Assembly: GCA_049599475.1 (NCBI GenBank)
Contig: JBMYOQ010000005.1
Location: 74,883-138,882 of the forward strand
Source: Opitutales bacterium
GTDB lineage: Bacteria > Verrucomicrobiota > Verrucomicrobiia > Opitutales > JABSRG01
Reading direction: 5' to 3'
Length of the DNA: 64,000 nucleotides
This document shows, piece after piece, positions 9,208-17,285 of this stretch. Each line of letters opens with the position of its first letter. Position 1 is the first letter of the stretch. The position numbers were made by a program, and so were the translations under genes. Below the pieces are notes generated by a model, which had not been told where the DNA came from, ran no database searches, and was given only the letters and a program-made list of their open reading frames with translations.

Positions 9208-10802
9208 AGGTCCTAGATACAGATTGTCTCGTGCTGGGCGCGGGACTCGCGGGCGCGGCGTATGCATATCATGTCGGTAAGCAGGGGCATGACGTAGTCT
9301 TACTCTCGGCGGATAAGCCCAAAAAAAGTGCAAACTCAAATTGGGCTCAGGGCGGCATTATTTATCATGATAAAGATGATATGGATCGCCTGCGTAAGGA
9401 TATTTTGGATGCGAATGGAGGTACCTCGAATCCGGATGCGGTCGACGCTCTGGTGCAGCATGGCGCTCAGTCGTTGAAGACCTTGTTGCTGGACGAATTA
9501 AATATTGATTTCGACCGGGAGGAGTCTACTGGAGACCTCAAGTTTACTCGGGAAGGTGGACACTCCGAAGCCCGTATTATCTTCGCTAAGGATACCACCG
9601 GGAAAAGCATGTTGGACGGGGTGCACAAAGCGCTGGACGGCCTCGACAGTGTGTCGCGTATCGAGAATTCTGTAGCAATCGATCTGCTCACGCTCTCACA
9701 TAGCTCGACCGCTTACCACGACCGTTTCAAACCGCCGACGGTCTTCGGAGCTTACATCCTGGATACGCAGACACGCGAAGTCTCTGCAATTCGCGCGAAG
9801 AAGACCATCCTGGCCACGGGAGGTCTCGGGCAATTGTATAACCACACGACCAATCAGCGGGGGATATATGGTCATGGCGCTGCCATGGCGTATCGCGTTG
9901 GTGCGCGGATGATGGATATGGAGTATATTCAATTCCATCCTACTGCATTCTGTAAGAAAGGGGCACCCACCTTTTTGCTTACGGAGGCCTTGCGCGGAGA
10001 AGGCGCGATTTTGATCAATGAAGCAGGCGAGCGCTTCATGGAAGGCAAGCATCCTTTGAAAGAGTTGGCCCCGCGTGACTTTGTAGCGCGCAGCATCTAT
10101 GAAGAGATGATGCAAAATGGGGATTTCTCGGTCTATTTGGACATGACTCACTTCGATGCTGAGCACCTCAAAGCCCGTTTCCCCTTTATCTACGAAAAGT
10201 GTCTCGAGTTTGGTGTCGATATCACTCGAGAGCCCGCACCGGTGGCTCCGGCGGCCCACTATCTGTGTGGCGGAGTCTATGCGAGCATGTCGGGGCGTAC
10301 AACGATTGAAAATCTTAACGCGATCGGGGAGTCTGCCTGCACTGGATTGCATGGTGCGAATCGACTGGCCAGCACGTCCTTGCTCGAATGCCTGACGGGT
10401 GCTCAATTGACTGCGGATCTCGACCTGCGCGATCTGAAAAATGAACAATTCCACTTGCCCGAGGTAAAGCCATGGCAAAGCCCGAGCAAAGAAGCGGACA
10501 GTTCGCTGGTGAAACAGGACCTCAAGCTCATCAAGAACACGATGACGAACTATGTCGGCCTGATTCGCTCGGCCGATCGCCTCGAGCGAGCGGGGCGTAT
10601 TTTAAACACGCTTAAAGAAGAGGTCGACGCCTTCTACAAGGACTGCCGCCTGGATGAGAGTCTCCTCAATCTGCGCAATGCTGTTTTATCGGCCTTGCTG
10701 GTGGTGCATGCTGCAAAGCTCAACCGCCAGTCTCGAGGCTGTCACTACCGCGCTGACGCCGTGACAAAAGAAGTCCAAGGGATCGTCGAATATCGGATAT
10801 AG
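9204..10802 (+). CDS. nadB: L-aspartate oxidase
   Basis: GAGLAG FAD site, SNWAQGGI, EGGHS, QFHPT, LTEALRGEG, LHGANRLAS, SRGCHYR. Confidence 0.95.
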   Translation: MKVLDTDCLVLGAGLAGAAYAYHVGKQGHDVVLLSADKPKKSANSNWAQGGIIYHDKDDMDRLRKDILDANGGTSNPDAVDALVQHGAQSLKTLLLDELNIDFDREESTGDLKFTREGGHSEARIIFAKDTTGKSMLDGVHKALDGLDSVSRIENSVAIDLLTLSHSSTAYHDRFKPPTVFGAYILDTQTREVSAIRAKKTILATGGLGQLYNHTTNQRGIYGHGAAMAYRVGARMMDMEYIQFHPTAFCKKGAPTFLLTEALRGEGAILINEAGERFMEGKHPLKELAPRDFVARSIYEEMMQNGDFSVYLDMTHFDAEHLKARFPFIYEKCLEFGVDITREPAPVAPAAHYLCGGVYASMSGRTTIENLNAIGESACTGLHGANRLASTSLLECLTGAQLTADLDLRDLKNEQFHLPEVKPWQSPSKEADSSLVKQDLKLIKNTMTNYVGLIRSADRLERAGRILNTLKEEVDAFYKDCRLDESLLNLRNAVLSALLVVHAAKLNRQSRGCHYRADAVTKEVQGIVEYRI

Positions 10803-10867
10803 CTTTTGGCGAGCTTAGGCTTTCCGGCCTTTACATGCGAACGGGCTCGGATACGGTCTAGGTATCC

Positions 10868-11356
10868 ATGTCGCAGCATCGTAACATTGTCCTTTTTATC
10901 TGCACCGGCAACACATGTCGGAGTCCGATGGCTGAGCGACTTTTGGCGCATGCTCTCAAGGCGGAGGATGCTCCATTGAATGAGCTGGAAGTGCGGTCGG
11001 CTGGAGTCGCTGCTTACGGAGGCGATCCGGCTTCTGAGAATTCGGTGGTTGCGCTGAAGAAGGTGGGTATCGCATTGGATGATCACCAAAGCAGCGCATT
11101 GACGCATCAGCTGCTGGATCAGGCCTTGGTGGTTTTCTGCATGACGGACTCCCATCAATTTGCGATTTCTCAAGCGCTTGACGGTGTCCCGGATGCGCCT
11201 AAGGTTTTCCTCATGCGCGAGCTGATGGGGGCAGGAGTCGATGTCCAAATTCCGGACCCCTTTGGTGGGCCGCTTCCCGCCTACGAAGCATCGCGCGATA
11301 GTATGGTCGAGGCGATCCCGTCCATTATTCAATTTCTCAAAAACGAGCTTTCCTAA
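10868..11356 (+). CDS. Low-molecular-weight protein phosphatase, YwlE-like (probable protein-arginine phosphatase)
   Basis: FICTGNTCRSPMAE P-loop, IPDPFGG; directly upstream of glyA. Confidence 0.8.
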   Translation: MSQHRNIVLFICTGNTCRSPMAERLLAHALKAEDAPLNELEVRSAGVAAYGGDPASENSVVALKKVGIALDDHQSSALTHQLLDQALVVFCMTDSHQFAISQALDGVPDAPKVFLMRELMGAGVDVQIPDPFGGPLPAYEASRDSMVEAIPSIIQFLKNELS

Positions 11357-11383
11357 ACATCCTACTTTTAAACCCAGAACAAC

Positions 11384-12655
11384 ATGCTAACCACAAATCC
11401 AAACCTCTTGTCTACACCGCTAGCCGAACTCGATCCTGCGATCTACGATTTGATCCAGTCTGAGAAGGGCCGCCAGCAGAGCCACATCGAGTTGATTGCA
11501 TCGGAAAATTTCACCTTGCCCGCAGTAATGGAAGCGCAGGGCAGTGTGTTGACGAACAAGTATGCCGAAGGCTACCCAGGCAAGCGCTACTATGGAGGTT
11601 GCGAGTTTGTGGATGAAGTGGAGACGCTTGCTATCGAGCGGGCGAAGGCTCTCTTCGGAGCAGGATGGGCCAATGTGCAGCCGCACTCTGGTAGTCAGGC
11701 GAATGCCGCGGTATATTTCGCTACGATTAAGCCAGGGGACAAAATCCTCACTATGCGTCTCGAGGACGGCGGTCATCTGACGCATGGTCACCCAATGAAT
11801 TTCTCCGGTAATTTCTACGAAGTGGTGCACTACGGCGTGGATCCGGAGACCGGCCTTATCAACTACGACGAGATCGAAGAGATGGCTGAAAAAGAGCAGC
11901 CTAAGATGATCACGGTGGGTGCGTCTGCCTACTCACGTGTTATCGACTTCGAGCGCATGGGTAAGATCGCTCGCAAGGTGGGTGCTTATCTTCTCGCAGA
12001 TATTGCCCACATCGCAGGTCTGGTTGCTGCAGGCGAGCATCCATCACCAGTCGGCCACGCAGATTTCGTGACTACCACGACCCACAAGACCCTCCGCGGA
12101 CCGCGTGGTGGTTTGATCCTTGGAACTGACGAAGAGCTCGGTAAGAAGGTGAACACCTCTGCTTTCCCAGGGATTCAAGGCGGACCGCTGATGCACGTTA
12201 TCGCTGCAAAGGCGACTTGTTTCCAAGAGTGTGCGAAGCCCGAATTCAAGGCTTACCAGGCTCAAGTGAAGCGCAACGCAGCGGCCTTGGCAGGGCGTTT
12301 GGTGGAAAAGGGATACGGTGTCGTCTCTGGCGGGACTGAAAATCACCTCTGCCTCATTGATTTGCGCAAAAATCTTCCAGACCTCACCGGTAGTCTCGCT
12401 CAGAAGACCTTGGACAAGGCGCATATCACGCTGAACAAGAACACCGTCCCGGGTGAAGATCGTAGCCCATTCAAGACCAGCGGTATTCGCATTGGAACGC
12501 CTGCAGTGACCTCGCGCGGGATGGGAGAGGCTGAAATGGTCGAGATCGCCGACGCCATCGATTTAGTGTTACGCGATCCGAAAAATGAATCTGTTATTGA
12601 GAATGCCAAATCAGTAGCTACCCGCTTGGCAACAGCCTTTCCGCTGCCGTATTAG
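11384..12655 (+). CDS. glyA: Serine hydroxymethyltransferase
   Basis: [46 protein letters not shown]. Confidence 0.98.
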   Translation: MLTTNPNLLSTPLAELDPAIYDLIQSEKGRQQSHIELIASENFTLPAVMEAQGSVLTNKYAEGYPGKRYYGGCEFVDEVETLAIERAKALFGAGWANVQPHSGSQANAAVYFATIKPGDKILTMRLEDGGHLTHGHPMNFSGNFYEVVHYGVDPETGLINYDEIEEMAEKEQPKMITVGASAYSRVIDFERMGKIARKVGAYLLADIAHIAGLVAAGEHPSPVGHADFVTTTTHKTLRGPRGGLILGTDEELGKKVNTSAFPGIQGGPLMHVIAAKATCFQECAKPEFKAYQAQVKRNAAALAGRLVEKGYGVVSGGTENHLCLIDLRKNLPDLTGSLAQKTLDKAHITLNKNTVPGEDRSPFKTSGIRIGTPAVTSRGMGEAEMVEIADAIDLVLRDPKNESVIENAKSVATRLATAFPLPY

Positions 12656-12671
12656 CGGTATTTTTACAATT

Positions 12672-12703
12672 AGCGCACTCTGTTCTAAAAAGAGGCGCTT
12701 TTT
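12672..12703 (+). terminator. Putative terminator after glyA
   Basis: AGCGCACTCT...AGAGGCGCT stem with one bulge, followed by a T run. Confidence 0.45.
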
Positions 12704-12772
12704 GTTAAAAAGTATTGGCTCTCCTGCCGTTATGATCTTACTCGGAGTATTCTTTAATCCCAAAACTATCCT

Positions 12773-13477
12773 ATGAAGAGAAATTCTAATCTATCCCCAA
12801 GACGCGGTTTTACCCTCGTAGAACTGCTCACTGTAATCGCCGTTATCGGCATCCTGGCTGCGATCCTCATTCCGACGATCGGTGCGGTGCAAAAGACCGC
12901 GCAACAGACACAGTCTTCAAGTAATCTTCGCCAGATCGCTACGGCTTACACATCTTATTCAAACTCAGGTGGCCGTGCGCGTAACATTTCTTCTTCCCAG
13001 GCCTCTGATATGCAGAACTGGGCAGCAGTCCTTGCGGCGAACGTAGGCCTGAACGAGCCGGCGCTCTACATCATCAATTACGCAGATGATGTCGCAGCAG
13101 AAGAAACACTTCCTACGATCATCGTAGACAACTCTGGCAACATTGATGGCGATTTCTCTGGTTTCCCAGTGAGCTACAGCGCTGTCACAGGATTGAGCTT
13201 AAGCTCGCCTGCTTCGACAACTCCACTCATCTGGACTAAAGGCCTTAGTAGTTCAGGAGAGTGGCCAGCGGCAACTAGCCCATGGATTGCAAATGAGGGA
13301 CATATCGCATTCCTCGACACACACGTAGAGTTTTTCCAGGCACAATCAGGTGAAGCTGCAGTGACTCTCGTAGGTCACCCGCGCAACGGTTCTGCTGGTC
13401 AGGAAACGAATGACATCAGTGCTGCGGTTAACGCGTCTGGCACTACAGTTATTCGCGAAGGTCCTGCTCTTCAGTAA
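12773..13477 (+). CDS. Prepilin-type N-terminal cleavage/methylation domain protein (PVC pseudopilin-like)
   Basis: RRG|FTLVELLTVIAVIGILAAILIP class III signal, SNLRQIA, and GHIAFLDTHVE resembling the N.lF.DGHV motif of PVC prepilins. Confidence 0.85.
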   Translation: MKRNSNLSPRRGFTLVELLTVIAVIGILAAILIPTIGAVQKTAQQTQSSSNLRQIATAYTSYSNSGGRARNISSSQASDMQNWAAVLAANVGLNEPALYIINYADDVAAEETLPTIIVDNSGNIDGDFSGFPVSYSAVTGLSLSSPASTTPLIWTKGLSSSGEWPAATSPWIANEGHIAFLDTHVEFFQAQSGEAAVTLVGHPRNGSAGQETNDISAAVNASGTTVIREGPALQ

Positions 13478-13499
13478 GGCTGTTTAGCTAATTTTCCCC

Positions 13500-13529
13500 A
13501 AGCCCGGTTCATAAGAGCCGGGTTTTTTT
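13500..13529 (+). terminator. Rho-independent terminator
   Basis: AAGCCCGGTTC-ATAA-GAGCCGGGTT followed by TTTTT. Confidence 0.85.
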
Positions 13530-13579
13530 GTGCCTGTAGCATTGCTTTCGTATTCAGGCTAGGTCTGATTGATAAACAT

Positions 13580-15610
13580 ATGATCAGTTTACGAGATATG
13601 CCCGAAGAGGCTGTGTCGGTGCCGGATGTGCCGGGATTGGTGTCTCGTATTTTTGGAGAAAGCGGATGGCTGGTCGAAAAGCATGGTTTGGAGTATCGTG
13701 CCGAGCAGGAAGAGATGGCCTTGCGGGTGGCGCATGCCTTCTGTGGGGACCATCCTATTATCTTCGAGGCCGGCACGGGGACGGGGAAGAGTCTCGCTTA
13801 TTTGGTGCCAGGAATCATCCACGCGGTCGCCTTCAAGCGGCCTTTGGTGATCTCGTCGCATACGATCGCGCTGCAGGAGCAATTGAAGCGGAAGGATTTG
13901 GTCATTTGCCGGGAGCTATTTGAGTCGATACCGGAGCTGAATCCATTTGCCGAATTTGAGACAGCCTTGCTTGTTGGGCGCGGAAACTACCTTTGCACGA
14001 CCCGTCTAGCGCGTGCGCTCGGAAATTTATCCGAAACCGTTGAGGATGCGGAGTCGAGTGAGCTGAGGCGTATCGCCGATTGGGCGCAGCATACGGAGAC
14101 AGGGCTGCAGCATGAAATTGTGCCAAGGGTGTCCCCCGAGGTATGGGACATGGTGAGCGCGGATTCCTCGATTTGCTCCCGTAAGAACTGCGACGACTCC
14201 ATTTGTTTTTACCAAAAGGCGAAGAAAGAAATTGCTCGGAGTCACGTGCGAATTCTCAACCACAGCCTCTTATTCGCTCTGCTCAATGCTGGGATGTCTG
14301 CACCTGCTGATAAGCGCGGTATTCTCTTTCCGGAAGATACCTTGGTGCTCGACGAGGCGCATACGATACCATCGATTGCGACGGACCATATAGGGAATGC
14401 TGTGAGTTCCTTTGGTTTCGGTTTGGCGCTGAATCGTTTATACAATCCGCAGAAGGAAAAAGGCTTTTTAAAGAAGCATGGAAACAAGCGTGTAATAGAC
14501 ACGGCGGCCCACGCAATTTTGGCAGTGGATCAGTATTTTTCCGATATCCATACTGGATTGCTGGACGTGAAAAATATTGTCCGAGTGCATCAGCCTGGAT
14601 GGTCGGATATGAGTGAACTCTCACCGGTGCCCCGCCTTGTGGATGAGTTGGGAAGCCTGGAAGGGCGCATTCAGGATGAGAATGCGTTGTCTGAGTTGCG
14701 GGACCATCGCCGACGTCTCAAAAGCCTCTACGAGTCCTTAGTTGCCTGCAATGAGATGAAAGAGCCTGGGCATGTCTTTTGGGTGGAGCGCGCCGGTAAA
14801 CGGCGGACAACGATACATGTGCGCTCGGCTCCGATTGACGTGGCTCCCTATCTCAAAGAATATCTGTTCGATGCTGAGACGGGCTGTCTCATGACGAGCG
14901 CGACCTTGGCGACAGGGAGAAATCTCAATGATTTTGCGAAAAAAGTGGGAGGGCTGGATGCTGACCTCGGGCAGGTGCTGTCTCCCTTTGATTATGACAA
15001 GCAGGTGGACATTCGCGTGTCGAAGAAAGGGTTTCTTGCTCGAGTGCAAGGCCGGGGAGGTTTCCAGACAGACATTTCTGGCCTTTGCCAGGAAATTTTC
15101 AAATCGGTGTCTCTGCGTGAAGGAGGCAGTCTAGTCCTTTTCACCAACTATCGGGATATGCAGCAGTGTGCCCTCGAATCTGAGCGAGCCTTCTCCGATG
15201 CGGGTCGTGCTTTGTTTGTGCAAGGGCAGGATCTATCTCGGAGTGAGATGGTCGAGCAGTTCAAGAAATTGGGGAATGCTGTGATGTTTGGGACGGATTC
15301 CTTTTGGACGGGCATCGATGTGCCGGGCCGAGCTTTGGAGCACGTGATCATCACGAAATTGCCCTTTGAAAACCCATCGCACCCAGTCCAAGAGGCCAAG
15401 GTAGAGTGGGTTGAAAGCCATGGTGGAAATCCATTTATGGAGATATCGATCCCGGACGCGGTCATCAAATTTCGACAAGGGATTGGACGACTCATTCGAA
15501 GCCGAACGGACAGTGGCATCATTACGATCTTAGATAATCGCGTATTGAATAAGCCCTACGGTAAATATTTCTTAGCAGCTCTACCCAAGAAGCAGTACGC
15601 GGTGGTCTAG
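13580..15610 (+). CDS. dinG: DinG/YoaA-family ATP-dependent DNA helicase
   Basis: Q motif YRAEQ, EAGTGTGKS, GRGNYLC with Fe-S cysteines, DEAH, TSATL, FRQGIGRLIR. Confidence 0.9.
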   Translation: MISLRDMPEEAVSVPDVPGLVSRIFGESGWLVEKHGLEYRAEQEEMALRVAHAFCGDHPIIFEAGTGTGKSLAYLVPGIIHAVAFKRPLVISSHTIALQEQLKRKDLVICRELFESIPELNPFAEFETALLVGRGNYLCTTRLARALGNLSETVEDAESSELRRIADWAQHTETGLQHEIVPRVSPEVWDMVSADSSICSRKNCDDSICFYQKAKKEIARSHVRILNHSLLFALLNAGMSAPADKRGILFPEDTLVLDEAHTIPSIATDHIGNAVSSFGFGLALNRLYNPQKEKGFLKKHGNKRVIDTAAHAILAVDQYFSDIHTGLLDVKNIVRVHQPGWSDMSELSPVPRLVDELGSLEGRIQDENALSELRDHRRRLKSLYESLVACNEMKEPGHVFWVERAGKRRTTIHVRSAPIDVAPYLKEYLFDAETGCLMTSATLATGRNLNDFAKKVGGLDADLGQVLSPFDYDKQVDIRVSKKGFLARVQGRGGFQTDISGLCQEIFKSVSLREGGSLVLFTNYRDMQQCALESERAFSDAGRALFVQGQDLSRSEMVEQFKKLGNAVMFGTDSFWTGIDVPGRALEHVIITKLPFENPSHPVQEAKVEWVESHGGNPFMEISIPDAVIKFRQGIGRLIRSRTDSGIITILDNRVLNKPYGKYFLAALPKKQYAVV

Positions 15611-15676
15611 AGTGGATCTGGGAAGGCTTACCGGAGATGGCGAAGCAATGGCGCTGCGTTTAGGCTGATGTTGTCA

Positions 15677-15761
15677 GTAGCGGCCGATCTCCGAGCGACC
15701 GAATGCTGCGTATCAGCTGGGCGAAATTGCTGTCTTCAACCGCTCGGAGATCGGTTGCTAC
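15677..15761. repeat. Inverted pair of GTAG-type REP elements (REPIN-like)
   Basis: GTAGCGGCCGATCTCCGAGCGACCG (15677-15701) and reverse-strand GTAGCAACCGATCTCCGAGCGGTTG (15737-15761); each is GTAG plus an imperfect palindrome; 19 of the first 21 nt identical. Confidence 0.7.
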
Positions 15762-15921
15762 CCCATTTCTTCTCTAAGGGCAGCGCAATTGGAGGACAGC
15801 GTCCCTCCCAGAAGGCTGACGATTACAAATTGAGCTCAATACGAAAACACTTCTGAGAAATGCTCTAGATGCCAAACACTACCCGACGTGGATATATGTC
15901 GCTCTGCTGGTAGTGGATTGT

Positions 15922-16845
15922 TCAGGCAGTCTTCTTTTGCCGAGTCAGTTTGAATAGATAAATAAACAGGCTGATGGTCCGTGAGCACGGGTAGTAAACT
16001 AGGGCTTGGAGGCTCCTAAAAATGGCTCTTCCAATGCGGTAGCTTGTATCGCTTGGGCGGTTTCTAAAATACCATGCGCAGAATTTATATTCGAGACTGC
16101 TCGTCCAGGGGCCCGCGAAGTGTAGGATGGCGGGTTGCTGGAGTCCGTGTTTGTCGACGAATTCGCAGATGTTGGCCTTGGGGTCGAGTCTTACGGGCTT
16201 TATCGCGCGTATCGGTGTTTTCATGAACTTACCCCACGCATTGTAGGCCTCGCGTCCGGCGATTTCCAGGGCGAGTCCATAGACGGTCTCATCATTGGGC
16301 CCTCCCGAGTCGAAGTTTCGAATCTTTAATTCGACGCACCGTTCGTGGATTTGGTGGGCGGTCTCGATGACTTTCTTTGCGAAAGGGCTTCGGTCAAAAT
16401 AGTAGACCCCGCCGTTAAACTTGGCTAGTCGCTCGATCCCAAGAGTTTTGAGGGTGAAATCGAGGTCCTCGAGATAGGGGTCGGACTGGCCCAGGAATTT
16501 AAATCCAGACCAAATCGGAGAGAATCCGTGTTTCCGAATGGCCTCTAGCTGGTCTGTGAAGGGTTTCAGGCACAGGCTGTCAGCGTCGATAAACAGGGTT
16601 TCTTCGAAGGGCGAGTAGGTGTGCAGGTGGAGTTTTTGGACCACGCCACGGCCGAGGCTCTTATCCAGGGGTATGATTTCCTGGAAGTGGGGGTTGCGGT
16701 AATCAGGATTGTCTGTGACGAGCGCGATTGGTAGCTCTGGCATGTGCTCCTTGAGGGAGATCGCTAAATTTTCGGCCTGCTTTATGAAGCGTCTCTTGCC
16801 AAATGCGATCGTGAGGATTCCAATCCGATGCCTGTCTGATTCCAT
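15922..16845 (-). CDS. Glycosyltransferase (GT-A fold, GT8-like)
   Basis: KLHL..YSPFEETLFIDAD (DxD), FNGGV, NDE, ILHFAG. Confidence 0.7.
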   Translation of the reverse strand: MESDRHRIGILTIAFGKRRFIKQAENLAISLKEHMPELPIALVTDNPDYRNPHFQEIIPLDKSLGRGVVQKLHLHTYSPFEETLFIDADSLCLKPFTDQLEAIRKHGFSPIWSGFKFLGQSDPYLEDLDFTLKTLGIERLAKFNGGVYYFDRSPFAKKVIETAHQIHERCVELKIRNFDSGGPNDETVYGLALEIAGREAYNAWGKFMKTPIRAIKPVRLDPKANICEFVDKHGLQQPAILHFAGPWTSSLEYKFCAWYFRNRPSDTSYRIGRAIFRSLQALVYYPCSRTISLFIYLFKLTRQKKTA

Positions 16846-17050
16846 TGTGAGTTTGCTAAATGATCGCGAAACCTATGAACCAGGGAGGAGCAATGGATCG
16901 GTGGATCAAGAGCCGTTAGCCGCAGGCTGAGGGAAGGGAGGCATCGGTCAATCGATTAATTTGCGGCTATCTGAGACTTAAAAAAATCAGAATTAAAGTC
17001 TTGGCAAGTGAGGCGAATTATGAGTTTCTCTTCGCTTTCCAATTTTTCAT

Positions 17051-17146
17051 ATGGGTAATTTAAAGAAGAAACGTCGTCTCAAGATGAACAAGCACAAGCG
17101 CCGTAAGCGGATCAAAGAGAACCGCCACAAGAAGCGCGCTTGGTAA
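17051..17146 (+). CDS. Small basic ribosomal peptide, bS22/mS38 (AURKAIP1/COX24, DUF1713)-like, 31 aa; not in the ORF track
   Basis: Translates as [31 protein letters not shown], matching the M.S..KKRR.KM.KHK.RK family pattern. Confidence 0.85.
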   Translation: MGNLKKKRRLKMNKHKRRKRIKENRHKKRAW

Positions 17147-17285
17147 TCATCTGTTGAAGAGACGCGCGCGCTTGCCGCGTATTTTCAATTTCCGGAAACG
17201 CCACCCTAATATAGGCTGGCGTTTTTGTGTTTGCAGGAAAGATCCTTTCGCTGTTTGGAACGTTGTCCTGTCTAAACGGAATTCC

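Noticed and set aside
15668..15856. 62-aa ORF
   Set aside because: Lies across the REP palindrome and has no protein-like features
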